Translations under genes and position numbers: made by a program | DNA from: Patescibacteria group bacterium | GTDB lineage: Bacteria; Patescibacteriota; Patescibacteriia; UBA1558; UBA10009 | NCBI GenBank assembly: GCA_041662565.1 | Contig: JBAZSE010000001.1 | Coordinates: 65,084 to 129,083 of the forward strand | Reading direction: 5' to 3' | DNA length: 64,000 nucleotides | Part shown: piece by piece, positions 54,918-64,000 of the stretch | Position numbering within the stretch: the stretch's first letter is position 1 | Layout of the letters: each line of letters opens with the position of its first letter | The notes under the pieces: model-generated | The model's input: only the letters and a program-made list of their open reading frames with translations | Told to the model about the DNA's origin: nothing | Database searches by the model: none

Positions 54918-55451
54918 ATGAAAAAAATCCATGTTATCATCTTAATTGTAGTTCTGGCAGCTCTGGGAATTTATCTGCGCCTTTCTCCGCATCCGGCTAA
55001 TTTTGCCCCTATTGGCGCCATTGCCTTGTTTGCCGGGGTTTATTTGCCCAAAAAGTGGGCAATTATTTTGCCCTTAGGCATAATGCTGTTAACTGATTTG
55101 TTTTTGGGTTTTTACGAATGGCAAACCATGTTAACGGTGTATGGTTGTTTAGCCCTGACTTTTTGGGTAGGTGTTAAAATAAAAAACCATAAGAATTTTT
55201 TAACCGTAGCTTCAGCCACAATGGCTACGTCCATTATTTTTTTTATGGCCACCAATTTTGCCGTTTGGGCTTTTTCCGATTGGTATCCTCATAACGCAAC
55301 CGGCCTGGTTTTAAATTATTATCTGGCTATTCCTTTTTTTAGGAACAGCTTGCTTTCGGATTTGTTTTTTACCGGATTTTTATTTGGCAGTTTTGAGATG
55401 GCTCGTTATTTAGCGGTATCTATTCGGCAAAAAAGCAAGTTTATGGTATAA
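54918..55451 (+). CDS. small 6-TM membrane protein (possible vitamin-uptake substrate-binding component, ECF S-component-like size and topology)
   Basis: ORF of 177 aa with about 6 hydrophobic helices, including PANFAPIGAIALFAGVYL. It lies in the corrinoid locus. No family is assigned. Confidence 0.4.
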   Translation: MKKIHVIILIVVLAALGIYLRLSPHPANFAPIGAIALFAGVYLPKKWAIILPLGIMLLTDLFLGFYEWQTMLTVYGCLALTFWVGVKIKNHKNFLTVASATMATSIIFFMATNFAVWAFSDWYPHNATGLVLNYYLAIPFFRNSLLSDLFFTGFLFGSFEMARYLAVSIRQKSKFMV

Positions 55452-55483
55452 TTTATAGATAATAATAAATTGTTTTTAAGCAT

Positions 55484-56521
55484 ATGACTATCAATGAACT
55501 TTTTGAAATCGCCGTTAAAAAAGGCGCTTCGGATATCCATTTGGTGGTGGGCAAATTTCCTTTATTAAGGATTGATGGCGCGCTTTCGCCCATACCCAAG
55601 GCCGACCAATTTTCGCGCACCACTTTGGAAAAAATGATCTATTCCATTTTAACCCCGGCGCAAAAAGAAAAATTTATTAAGGAGCGGGATTTGGATTTAT
55701 CCTATGAAATAGGCGACGGTTCCAGATTTAGGGTCAATGTTTTTTGGGAAAAAGACAATATCAGTTTGGTGGCTAGAATTATTTCTTCCAAGGTTCCGGA
55801 TATGGAAGATTTAGCCATGCCTCAAGTGGTTTACGAAATGACCAGGGCCAGGCAGGGGCTTATTTTGGTAACCGGTCCAACCGGCAGCGGTAAATCAACC
55901 ACCTTGGCTGCCATGGTTAATTTGATTAATAAGGAAAGAACGGTCAATATTGTGACCTTGGAAGATCCTATAGAATTTTTATTTAATTCCGAAAAAAGCA
56001 TTGTTGTTCAGCGCCAGCTGGGTACGGATATGACTTCTTTTCAAGGTGCTTTAAAACATGTTTTGCGCCAGGATCCGGATGTTATCATGGTGGGTGAAAT
56101 GCGCGATTTGGAAACCATAGCCGCCACCATTACTATTGCCGAAACCGGCCATTTGGTTTTAGCCACCTTGCATACCCATAATGCCGGCCAAACGATTGAT
56201 AGGATTGTGGATGTTTTTCCGCCTTACCAGCAAAATCAAATCCGCTTACAGCTTTCTATGTCTTTAAACGGAGTTATTTCTCAGCAATTATTGCCTAAAG
56301 TGGGCGGTGGTCGGATAGCCGCCAGGGAAGTGTTAATCAATACTCCGGCTATTGCCAATATCATCAGGGAAAATAAAATCCCCCAAATTAAAACCGCCAT
56401 CCAAACCAGCAAGGAAGACGGGATGATAACTTTAGAGCAGGATCTAGCCAGATTGGTGGATAGCAAGCTGGTTGATGAAGAAACAGCGGAATATTATTTG
56501 CAGACCTTGCCGAAGATTTAA
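55484..56521 (+). CDS. pilT: type IV pilus retraction ATPase PilT
   Basis: The Walker A motif is GPTGSGKSTTLAAMVN. LEDPIEF and GEMRD are also present. Confidence 0.9.
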   Translation: MTINELFEIAVKKGASDIHLVVGKFPLLRIDGALSPIPKADQFSRTTLEKMIYSILTPAQKEKFIKERDLDLSYEIGDGSRFRVNVFWEKDNISLVARIISSKVPDMEDLAMPQVVYEMTRARQGLILVTGPTGSGKSTTLAAMVNLINKERTVNIVTLEDPIEFLFNSEKSIVVQRQLGTDMTSFQGALKHVLRQDPDVIMVGEMRDLETIAATITIAETGHLVLATLHTHNAGQTIDRIVDVFPPYQQNQIRLQLSMSLNGVISQQLLPKVGGGRIAAREVLINTPAIANIIRENKIPQIKTAIQTSKEDGMITLEQDLARLVDSKLVDEETAEYYLQTLPKI

Positions 56522-56630
56522 TATTTAATCATGATAAATTTTATTAACCGTCGATGCTTATGCTCGGCGGTTTTAGTTGCTTGATTATTTTAGGTATTTA
56601 TATTAGAATGCAAAAAGTTTGAATAAATCC

Positions 56631-56705
56631 GCCCCTGTGGTGAAATGGATATCACACTTGGCTTCGGACCAAGCGTTTTAGGTTCGAATCCTGACAGGGG
56701 CACCA
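56631..56705 (+). tRNA. tRNA-Arg (anticodon TCG)
   Basis: 75-nt cloverleaf with acceptor GCCCCTG/CAGGGGC, anticodon loop CTTCGGA and T-loop TTCGAAT. CCA is encoded. Confidence 0.8.
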
Positions 56706-56734
56706 TCGAGCTCAACTCGACCAATATTAATCCC

Positions 56735-56810
56735 GCGCCATTAGCTCAGTCGGTAGAGCAGTTGCCTCTTAAGCAAACGGTCGCAGGTTCGAATCCTGCA
56801 TGGCGCACCA
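56735..56810 (+). tRNA. tRNA-Lys (anticodon CTT)
   Basis: 76-nt cloverleaf with acceptor GCGCCAT/ATGGCGC, D-arm GCTCAGTCGGTAGAGC, anticodon loop CTCTTAA and T-loop TTCGAAT. CCA is encoded. Confidence 0.85.
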
Positions 56811-56824
56811 ATAATATAAACTAA

Positions 56825-56856
56825 AAGACCCTTAAATAATTTAAGGGTCTTTTTGG
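56825..56856. terminator. bidirectional rho-independent terminator
   Basis: AAGACCCTTA aataatt TAAGGGTCTT followed by TTTT. It sits between the tRNAs (+) and the M23 peptidase (-). Confidence 0.75.
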
Positions 56857-56866
56857 TTAAAAATTT

Positions 56867-58117
56867 TTATCTAATGTAGCCCAGCGGGTTAACGCGTCTG
56901 TTATTGATTCTGACTTCAAAATGCAAGTGCGGTCCGGTGGATCTGCCAGTGGAGCCATTTAAGCCAATAACCTCGCCTCGACCAACTCTTTGACCGACAT
57001 GAACGTTAATTTTTGATAAATGGCCGTATAAAGTTTTAAGGCCGTTGCCATGATTGATAATAATGTAATTGCCGTAACCGCCCCTATTCCAACCGGCTGT
57101 TTCTATAACCCCTGCTTCGGCGGCATAAATGGGTTGCCCCATTTTATTGCCAATATCAATGCCGGTGTGGCGCAAGCTAAAGTATTGAGTCATTCTAAAT
57201 GAATTGGTAGGCCATTGCATTTTGGCTCCGGATATTTTAGCTGCCGCTAGCGTAGTATTGCTTGCGGCGTAAGTTGGTTTAGCGGCCACCGCTTCTTTAA
57301 CCGCGCCAGGAATTATTAAAACCTGGCTGATTTGCATTTCATCGGCTGTTGTTAATTTATTAAAGTCCAAAATTTCCGAGGCGCTGACTTTGTATTTTTT
57401 GGCAATGGCCGCCAATTGGTCACCTTTTTTAACTTTATAGGTAATGCCCGAAACCGGCAAAATTTTTAAGGTTTGCCCGGGACGGATGGTCGAATAAGCG
57501 GTTAAATTATTTTCCCATAAAACAGTATTGGTGGAAATATTAAATTTGCCGGCCACGCCGCTTAAAGTGTCGCCTGGTTGCACCACGTAATCAATAATTT
57601 TATCGCGACGCTTTACCACCACGTTGGGGTCTGTTATATCCGGAGAAATTAAAGCCGATTGGTCTTGGGTGGTGGAAATCAAACTATCAATGCCTTCATT
57701 TTTGGTTGGCCGGCCGATTTCATCGGGTCCAATAGCTCCACCTTCCAGGTAATAATTCGGGGTGGTAGTAGAAAGGGGCCCTTCGGTAATTTCTTCAACG
57801 CCAAAATCGCTTTCCGAAAAAGCGCCTAAATCTTGTAAGGCCTTAAACAGCAAGCTATTGCGGCCGTAGTTTTCGGGTTTTAAGCCGCGGGCAGATAAGC
57901 TGGCGCCAATTAAGGCCACAGCTATAAATGCCATAATTATCAGCGGTCGGTATTCGGCTAAAGGATTTTTGGCAATTTCTTCATCAGCGCCAACGTTTGG
58001 CTTAAAGGGCTTGATAATTTTTCTTAATAAAGAATAAGTCAGCAAAAATGGATAGCGGAAGAAAAATTTATACAGCCAAACAATGGGGGTTTTTAGAAAA
58101 GTGAAAAAAATGGCCAT
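56867..58117 (-). CDS. LysM-domain M23 family metallopeptidase (cell-wall hydrolase)
   Basis: An N-terminal TM segment, two LysM repeats (YVVQPGDTLSGVA.. and YKVKKGDQLAAIA..) and the M23 motifs HTGIDI and GSTGRSTGPHLHFE. Confidence 0.85.
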   Translation of the reverse strand: MAIFFTFLKTPIVWLYKFFFRYPFLLTYSLLRKIIKPFKPNVGADEEIAKNPLAEYRPLIIMAFIAVALIGASLSARGLKPENYGRNSLLFKALQDLGAFSESDFGVEEITEGPLSTTTPNYYLEGGAIGPDEIGRPTKNEGIDSLISTTQDQSALISPDITDPNVVVKRRDKIIDYVVQPGDTLSGVAGKFNISTNTVLWENNLTAYSTIRPGQTLKILPVSGITYKVKKGDQLAAIAKKYKVSASEILDFNKLTTADEMQISQVLIIPGAVKEAVAAKPTYAASNTTLAAAKISGAKMQWPTNSFRMTQYFSLRHTGIDIGNKMGQPIYAAEAGVIETAGWNRGGYGNYIIINHGNGLKTLYGHLSKINVHVGQRVGRGEVIGLNGSTGRSTGPHLHFEVRINNRRVNPLGYIR

Positions 58118-58331
58118 TAATCCTCCAAAGGCCTTAATGGATTGGATGATCTTAAGTAAGCCGGAAAGGAGAAATTTTTTAAATTGATCAGAAATAAGGC
58201 GTTTTGGTTACTTTTCTAATAAATTTAATCACTTATACCCTTGAATAAATACCATAAAACTGCCTTTTAGTCAAAAAAATTTTACTTGTCTAAAGCCCAA
58301 GTTTCAGATAGAATAAAGAGTAAATAAAGCT

Positions 58332-60785
58332 ATGACAACATTTTACAATCATCGTGAAATAGAAAAAAAATGGCAGGCCAAATGGGTGGCTGATTCTTTG
58401 TATTCTGCCCAAGATAATTGTAACCCCTCGGCAAGCTCGGGGTACGCTTCGCGTAAAAAGTATATTTTGGATATGTTTCCTTATCCTTCGGGTGATGGCT
58501 TGCATGTTGGCCATCCCGAATCCTATACCGCTACCGACATTATGGCTCGTTACTACCGTTTGCTCGGGTTTAATGTTATGCACCCCATGGGTTGGGATTC
58601 ATTTGGTTTGCCGGCAGAAAATTTTGCCATCAAATCCGGGGTTCATCCGCAAACCACTACCGCCAAAGCCATTGCTAATTTTAGAAAGCAAATTCAAAAT
58701 TTGGGTTTTTCTTATGATTGGGAAAGGGAAGTTAATACTTCTGCGCCGGATTATTACCGTTGGACCCAATGGTTGTTTTTAAAGCTTTACGAAAAAGGGT
58801 TGGCTTACAAAAAGAAAGCACCGGTTAACTGGTGCGATTCGTGTAAAACCGTGCTGGCTAATGAACAGGTGGTAGATGGGGCTTGCGAAAGGTGCTCAAA
58901 TGCAGTAATGCAAAAGGATTTAGAGCAATGGTTTTTTAAAGTCACTCAATATGCCGAAGAATTATTAAGCGAGATTGATAAGATGGATTGGTCCGATGCT
59001 TTAAAGGCAGCGCAACGTAATTGGATCGGTAAAAGCGAGGGAGCCCTGCTCAAGTTCCAAATAACAAGTGGCAATCCACAAAAAAGTTCCAAGTTCCAAG
59101 TTCCAAGTTCCAATTCTGAAATTGAAGTGTTTACTACTCGGCCAGACACTTTGTTTGGGGCGACTTATTTGGTATTGGCACCAGAAAATACCCTGGTAGA
59201 AAAGTTAAAAGTTAAAAGTCAAAACTTAAAAGAAATTGATGCGTATATTAAGCAATCGTCTTTAAAAAGCAATTTGGAAAGAACGGGTTTGGCAAAAGAA
59301 AAAACCGGTGTAGAGCTTAAGGGTGTTATGGCTGTTAATCCGGGCAATAATCAAGAAATGCCTGTTTGGATTGCCGATTATGTTTTAGGCAGTTACGGCA
59401 CGGGAGCTATCATGGCGGTACCGGCCCATGATGAACGCGATTTTGAATTTGCCAAGAAATTTAAGCTGCCGATTGTTAAAGTTATTGAGAACGCTGATTT
59501 CCCGGAATGTTTTTCTGGCAATGGCAAATTGATTAATTCTAAGGATTTTACGGGATTAAATTCCGAAGAAGCCAAGGATAAAATTATCAAATCAGTCGGC
59601 GGGCAAAAAAAGATTCAATACAAAATCCGCGATTGGCTTATTTCGCGCCAGCGCTATTGGGGCGCGCCGATTCCTATTATTTATTGTGAATCTTGCGGCC
59701 TGCAAGCAGTATTGGAAAAAGATTTACCAGTGTTATTGCCAGAAGATGTTGATTTTAGGCCAACAGGCGAATCGCCTTTAGCCAGATCTCAATCATTTCA
59801 TAATGTTCTATGCCCAAAGTGCGGCCAAGCGGCCAGGCGCGAATCCGATACCATGGATACTTTTGTTTGCTCATCTTGGTATTTTTTAAGGTATTGCGAT
59901 CCTAAAAATACCACAGAGGCCTTTGGTAAAGATAAAGTTAAATATTGGCTGCCGGTTGATTTGTATATTGGCGGCATGGAGCACGCGGTTGGCCATTTGA
60001 TTTATTCGCGTTTTATAGTTAAAGCCCTGCGGGATATGGGTTACGTAAATTTTGACGAACCGTTTTTAAAAATCCGCAATCAGGGAATTATTTTAGCCGA
60101 AGACGGCCGAAAAATGAGCAAACGCTGGCATAATGTGATTAATCCCGATGAAGTGGTGGAAGAATACGGCGCCGATAGCATGCGCTTGTACGAAATGTTT
60201 ATGGGTCCGCTGGAAGATATGAAGCCGTGGAGCAGTAAGGGGATTATTGGGGTGCGTAGGTTTTTAGAGAAAGTATATAAATTTGTTGTTGCTTCGAAAA
60301 ATTTTGCGCCTAATAATAATCAGGCAATAGAAAAATCACTCCATAAAACCATAAAAAAGGTTTCCGAAGATATTGAAGCAATTCATTTTAACACAGCCAT
60401 CAGCGCCATGATGATTTTTATTAATGACGCCACTGCTAATCCCAATGGTGTTAGCAAAGAAGCCATAGATAAATTTTTAATTATCTTATCGCCGTTCGCT
60501 CCTCATTTGGCGGAAGAATTATGGTCTGTTTTAGGGCATAATGATTCTGTTACCCGGCAAAAATGGCCAAGCTATGATGCCAAGGCGGTTGTTGATGATG
60601 AAGTAACCATAGCCATACAGATCAATGGAAAATTGCGCGACACTTTGTTAATTGCCAGAGGCATATCGGAAAAAGAACTTAGAACTCAGGTGGAAAATTT
60701 GCCGAATATTAAAAAACATCTGGCCGGTCAGGAAATTAAAAAATTTATCTATATCCAGGATAAGTTGGTTAATATCGTTATTTAA
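58332..60785 (+). CDS. leuS: leucine--tRNA ligase
   Basis: HIGH-type motif PYPSGDGLHVGHP, a CP1 editing domain and the KMSKR variant of KMSKS. Confidence 0.95.
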   Translation: MTTFYNHREIEKKWQAKWVADSLYSAQDNCNPSASSGYASRKKYILDMFPYPSGDGLHVGHPESYTATDIMARYYRLLGFNVMHPMGWDSFGLPAENFAIKSGVHPQTTTAKAIANFRKQIQNLGFSYDWEREVNTSAPDYYRWTQWLFLKLYEKGLAYKKKAPVNWCDSCKTVLANEQVVDGACERCSNAVMQKDLEQWFFKVTQYAEELLSEIDKMDWSDALKAAQRNWIGKSEGALLKFQITSGNPQKSSKFQVPSSNSEIEVFTTRPDTLFGATYLVLAPENTLVEKLKVKSQNLKEIDAYIKQSSLKSNLERTGLAKEKTGVELKGVMAVNPGNNQEMPVWIADYVLGSYGTGAIMAVPAHDERDFEFAKKFKLPIVKVIENADFPECFSGNGKLINSKDFTGLNSEEAKDKIIKSVGGQKKIQYKIRDWLISRQRYWGAPIPIIYCESCGLQAVLEKDLPVLLPEDVDFRPTGESPLARSQSFHNVLCPKCGQAARRESDTMDTFVCSSWYFLRYCDPKNTTEAFGKDKVKYWLPVDLYIGGMEHAVGHLIYSRFIVKALRDMGYVNFDEPFLKIRNQGIILAEDGRKMSKRWHNVINPDEVVEEYGADSMRLYEMFMGPLEDMKPWSSKGIIGVRRFLEKVYKFVVASKNFAPNNNQAIEKSLHKTIKKVSEDIEAIHFNTAISAMMIFINDATANPNGVSKEAIDKFLIILSPFAPHLAEELWSVLGHNDSVTRQKWPSYDAKAVVDDEVTIAIQINGKLRDTLLIARGISEKELRTQVENLPNIKKHLAGQEIKKFIYIQDKLVNIVI

Positions 60786-61402
60786 TGGAAATCATCAAAT
60801 TAACTGGTAAAAATCAAGCTTCGATAATCAAACAGGCGGTGGCTGTTTTAAAACAAGGTGGAACAATTATTTATCCTACCGAAACCGCCTATGGTTTGGG
60901 TGCTGATTTTTTAAACCCCTTGGCAGTTAAAAAAGTTTATCAAATTAAAGGCCGGGATTTTAAAAAACCTTTATCGGTCATTGTAGGTTCATTGCCAATG
61001 GCTAAAAAATTGGTTGTTTTTGATAAATTGTCGCTAATTTTAGCTAAAAAACATTGGCCAGGGCCGTTAACTTTAGTTCAAAGCTCAAAACTAAAAACCA
61101 ATAACTTAAAGCCTCAAACTTTGGCACTTAGAGTGTCGTCTAACAAATTAGCAACGGCGATTGTTAAAAAATTAAAAAGTCCGTTAACTGCTACCTCGGC
61201 CAATCTTGCCGGCAAAGGCGAAATATATTCAATTAAAGAAATCGTTAAGCAATTTGGCAAAAAAAAATACCAGCCCGATTTGATTATTGACGGAGGAATT
61301 TTGCCTAAAGTTAAGCCCTCCACTATTGCCAAAGTCAGCAATGGGAAAATTGAAATATTAAGAAAAGGGAAAATTGAGATTTTTTCTTCTCAGAAGTTAT
61401 GA
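60785..61402 (+). CDS. tsaC: L-threonylcarbamoyladenylate synthase (TsaC/YrdC/Sua5 family)
   Basis: IIYPTETAYGLGAD and SVIV..TSAN motifs. Its start overlaps the leuS stop by 1 nt (TAATG). Confidence 0.85.
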   Translation: MEIIKLTGKNQASIIKQAVAVLKQGGTIIYPTETAYGLGADFLNPLAVKKVYQIKGRDFKKPLSVIVGSLPMAKKLVVFDKLSLILAKKHWPGPLTLVQSSKLKTNNLKPQTLALRVSSNKLATAIVKKLKSPLTATSANLAGKGEIYSIKEIVKQFGKKKYQPDLIIDGGILPKVKPSTIAKVSNGKIEILRKGKIEIFSSQKL

Positions 61403-62220
61403 ATCTATTGGAACAAACCCAGTATTTAATCAAAAAAACCGGACTTAAGCCCGATAAGTTAAAAGGCCAGAACTTTTGCATTGATCAGAAAGTTTTAACG
61501 GATATGATTAAGGCCTCGGGTTTAACCAACAAGGATAATGTTTTGGAAGTTGGGCCGGGTTTTGGATTTTTAACCGCGGAGCTGGTCAAAAAAGCCGCTC
61601 ATGTTACGGCCGTGGAATTGGAACCTGCTTTATTTAAGATAATAAAAAATATGCAGGCGGTTCATAATAATTTGCAAGCAATAGAAGGGGATATTTTAAA
61701 AATAAACGATAATCGTTTGCCAAGCGAGCCATATAAAATAATCGCCAATTTGCCTTATGGCATAACTTCGGCTTTTTTAAAAAAGTTTTTAACTTCTTCC
61801 CAAAAACCGCAAAGCATAACCTTGTTAATCCAAAAAGAAGTGGCCGAAAGGATCTGCGCACCAGCCGGGCAGTTAAGTTTGCTAGGGATTTCTGTTCAGC
61901 TTTACGCTCAGCCAAAAATTATGGGCATTGTTTTGCCTAAATCATTTTGGCCCATGCCGGCGGTTAATTCGGCCATTATCAATATTTCCTCTATCCGGCC
62001 ATTTCCTTATGATGATGTGGCAGAAGAAGTTTTTTGGCGCACTGTTAGAGCCGGTTTTTGCGCCAAACGCAAGACCTTGCAGAATAATTTGGCCAACAGT
62101 TTTCATATTTCTAAAGAACAGGCCTTAAAACTGCTTAATTCGGCAAATTTAGCGCCATTAATTAGGGCGCAAGAATTATCTGTAAAAGATTGGCATACTT
62201 TATCATTACTTGTTGATTGA
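61399..62220 (+). CDS. rsmA: 16S rRNA (adenine1518/1519-N6)-dimethyltransferase RsmA/KsgA
   Basis: KGQNFCIDQ, the SAM-binding motif VLEVGPGFGFLT and IIANLPYGITS. There is a 4-nt ATGA overlap with tsaC. Confidence 0.9.
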   Translation: MNLLEQTQYLIKKTGLKPDKLKGQNFCIDQKVLTDMIKASGLTNKDNVLEVGPGFGFLTAELVKKAAHVTAVELEPALFKIIKNMQAVHNNLQAIEGDILKINDNRLPSEPYKIIANLPYGITSAFLKKFLTSSQKPQSITLLIQKEVAERICAPAGQLSLLGISVQLYAQPKIMGIVLPKSFWPMPAVNSAIINISSIRPFPYDDVAEEVFWRTVRAGFCAKRKTLQNNLANSFHISKEQALKLLNSANLAPLIRAQELSVKDWHTLSLLVD

Positions 62221-62268
62221 CGTTAACTCGCTTTTTCTGCTATAATTTACCCATCAGCAAGCCACTTT

Positions 62269-63105
62269 ATGATTGATCAACTATCAGGAAAATTTGAGTT
62301 TGACGAAGAAAATAATGAGCTTCAAAGCCCCTTAACCGATGATATTTATCAAGAGCCGGTTGGGTCAAAAAGCCAAAAAACCGAAATAAAACCCGGTTTT
62401 ATCGTTGGCGCGCTGGCTTTGTTGACAATCACCGGTTTATTCTTTACAATTACCAGTTGGTTTAATGCCTTAAAAATCCCTTTTATCGCTCGTAATAACA
62501 CGGCACTTGAAAATGTAAATAATGATCTAAATTTAACTAATAGTGATGTAGCAAATTTGCTGGAAGCCAAGCAAAAAGATACGGATTCAGACGGTTTAAA
62601 CGATTATGATGAGCTGTATGTTTACAAAACTTCGCCTTACATACCGGATAGTGATTCGGATGGCAACACGGATGGGGCAGAGGTAAAAAACGGCACTAAT
62701 CCCAATTGCCCGATCGGCCAAGATTGTGCCCAAAATTCACTGGTTACAACACCGGCTTTATCCAATCTGCCTACTTCCATGGATAATTTAACGCCCGATC
62801 AGATTCGTTCTATTTTACTTTCAGCGGGCGTGGCAGAGGCGGATTTAAAAAATGTGGATGATACTGCTTTACAGCAAATGTATCAGGAAGTATTGCAAGA
62901 AAGCGCCAAGCAAAATACCAATTCAGATACTACCGGTTTAACCGAACTGCAACCGGCTGATTATGAGGCCATAACACCTGATCAGTTGCGCGCGTTATTA
63001 ATTGATCAAGGGGCCAGCGCCGAAGATGTTAAGGATTTATCGGATACTGATTTGCAAGCCCTGTGGAATCAGGTTTTAACAGAGGCACAGAGTAACAGTA
63101 ACTAG
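62269..63105 (+). CDS. hypothetical membrane-anchored protein with Asp-rich Ca-binding-like motifs and a C-terminal internal duplication
   Basis: An N-terminal TM segment; DTDSDGLNDYDE and DSDSDGNTDG (TSP3-like DxDxDG); the duplicated unit (L/I)TPDQ(I/L)R(S/A)(I/L)L..AEADLKNVDDTALQQMYQEVL / SAEDVKDLSDTDLQALWNQVL. Confidence 0.45.
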   Translation: MIDQLSGKFEFDEENNELQSPLTDDIYQEPVGSKSQKTEIKPGFIVGALALLTITGLFFTITSWFNALKIPFIARNNTALENVNNDLNLTNSDVANLLEAKQKDTDSDGLNDYDELYVYKTSPYIPDSDSDGNTDGAEVKNGTNPNCPIGQDCAQNSLVTTPALSNLPTSMDNLTPDQIRSILLSAGVAEADLKNVDDTALQQMYQEVLQESAKQNTNSDTTGLTELQPADYEAITPDQLRALLIDQGASAEDVKDLSDTDLQALWNQVLTEAQSNSN

Positions 63106-63122
63106 TTACTACTACCTAAATT

Positions 63123-64000
63123 ATGATAAATAAAAAGAAAATCAGCATTTTTTTTCTAACGGCTGTTTTTCTTTTTGTTTTAGCTAATTTTTTGTTTGTA
63201 TTTAATCAGGCCTTAGCTCAAGCCGCTGATCCTTTAAGCCCGGCAATCCTTTTACAGCAAAAGTTGCAGAATTTAACTTTAGAGCGCATGGCCGCTGTTG
63301 ATCAAAAGGATAGTATTAGCTTGCAAGTCATTGATGCTCAAATTAAGGCAACAAAGTATCAGCAAAAAATTCAGTGGTTAAAGGATACCGCAAGAACGAT
63401 TTGGAAAGAAGGGGTTTTGAGGGCCGGTAAAATCGCTTATAAAAATGCTTTAAGAACCTTTTTATCCCGTATTGCTTATGATACAGCCACTCGTTTAGCC
63501 GAAGGCGGTATTGGTAAATCACCCTTGTTTGATATTAAGGGCCTAAGCGCTTTGGTGGATGATGTTTATCAAACAACTTTGGCCGATACCTTAAGCGTTT
63601 TAGCCAGCACCAATGGCTTTTTTAATTTTGATGTTTGTCAACCATCGGATATTAATTTGAGTTTGGCCATTCAGTATTCGCTGTTCGGCAATTTTAACGG
63701 TCGCGGACCAAGAGGCGCGCCTAAGTGTACTTTTAGACAAATCAGCGAACGCTGGGATGAATGGTGGGGTTCAAATGTTAAAGATAACACCCAGAATTTT
63801 TTGCAGAATTTTAAGGCCGCTTTTGATCCGGCTCAAACCGATGCGGGAATTTATTTAACTTTGGATTCTTCCATTAGATCCCGTTTGCAAGATGAAAAAA
63901 CCAAAAAGTTATTTGATTCTATTAACCGCGATGGCATTCAACCAATTACCGAACCAATTAGCGGATTTATTAAAACTCCGGTTGCCATTACCAAATCCGG
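63123..64000 (+). CDS. secreted hypothetical protein, 3'-partial (runs off window)
   Basis: MINKKKISIFFLTAVFLFVLANFLFVFNQALA signal peptide. The frame stays open to the window end. It is not in the ORF track because it has no stop. Confidence 0.45.
   Translation, partial: MINKKKISIFFLTAVFLFVLANFLFVFNQALAQAADPLSPAILLQQKLQNLTLERMAAVDQKDSISLQVIDAQIKATKYQQKIQWLKDTARTIWKEGVLRAGKIAYKNALRTFLSRIAYDTATRLAEGGIGKSPLFDIKGLSALVDDVYQTTLADTLSVLASTNGFFNFDVCQPSDINLSLAIQYSLFGNFNGRGPRGAPKCTFRQISERWDEWWGSNVKDNTQNFLQNFKAAFDPAQTDAGIYLTLDSSIRSRLQDEKTKKLFDSINRDGIQPITEPISGFIKTPVAITKS

Overview
This 64-kb window comes from a low- to moderate-GC bacterial genome. Compact co-directional operons, many secreted or membrane hypothetical proteins and small housekeeping genes suggest a Candidate Phyla Radiation (CPR) lineage, which is my inference. 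Recognisable core genes are rpsO, pnp, a XerC/D-like tyrosine recombinase, a P-type ATPase, butyrate kinase, cspA, an ABC-F ATPase, cysteine desulfurase, L-lactate dehydrogenase, B12-dependent ribonucleotide reductase nrdJ, a corrinoid adenosyltransferase, pilT, leuS, tsaC and rsmA. There are four tRNAs: Arg-TCT, His-GTG, Arg-TCG and Lys-CTT. Four regions are not ordinary. (1) 13.1-17.9 kb, directly downstream of tRNA-His, holds two small AT-rich gene cassettes, one with a Fic toxin-like protein and one with a Cys-rich tandem-repeat secreted protein. They are punctuated by three direct copies of a ~150-bp repeat that starts with the tRNA-His 3' end, plus a second ~100-bp repeat family, which fits an integron-like or att-bounded cassette array. 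(2) 33.7-43.9 kb is a 10-kb co-directional operon with four ATP-grasp ligase modules, a PP-loop ATPase, a PLP-dependent Orn/DAP-type decarboxylase, an HExxH protein and a SET-domain methyltransferase, which looks like a candidate novel amide/peptide-ligating pathway. (3) 48.2-55.5 kb: nrdJ is followed by a secreted protein combining prenyltransferase-like alpha-toroid repeats with a DUF4430-like beta domain (transcobalamin-like architecture), a second stand-alone DUF4430-like protein, a corrinoid adenosyltransferase and a 6-TM membrane protein. I read this as a candidate cobalamin capture and salvage locus. (4) An NYN-domain nuclease gene sits between rpsO and pnp. There are also GC-rich, probably foreign, segments at 11.3-12.4 kb and 22.0-23.1 kb, and a 178-bp element with perfect 24-bp terminal inverted repeats in the nrdJ leader. 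No CRISPR array or rRNA is present.
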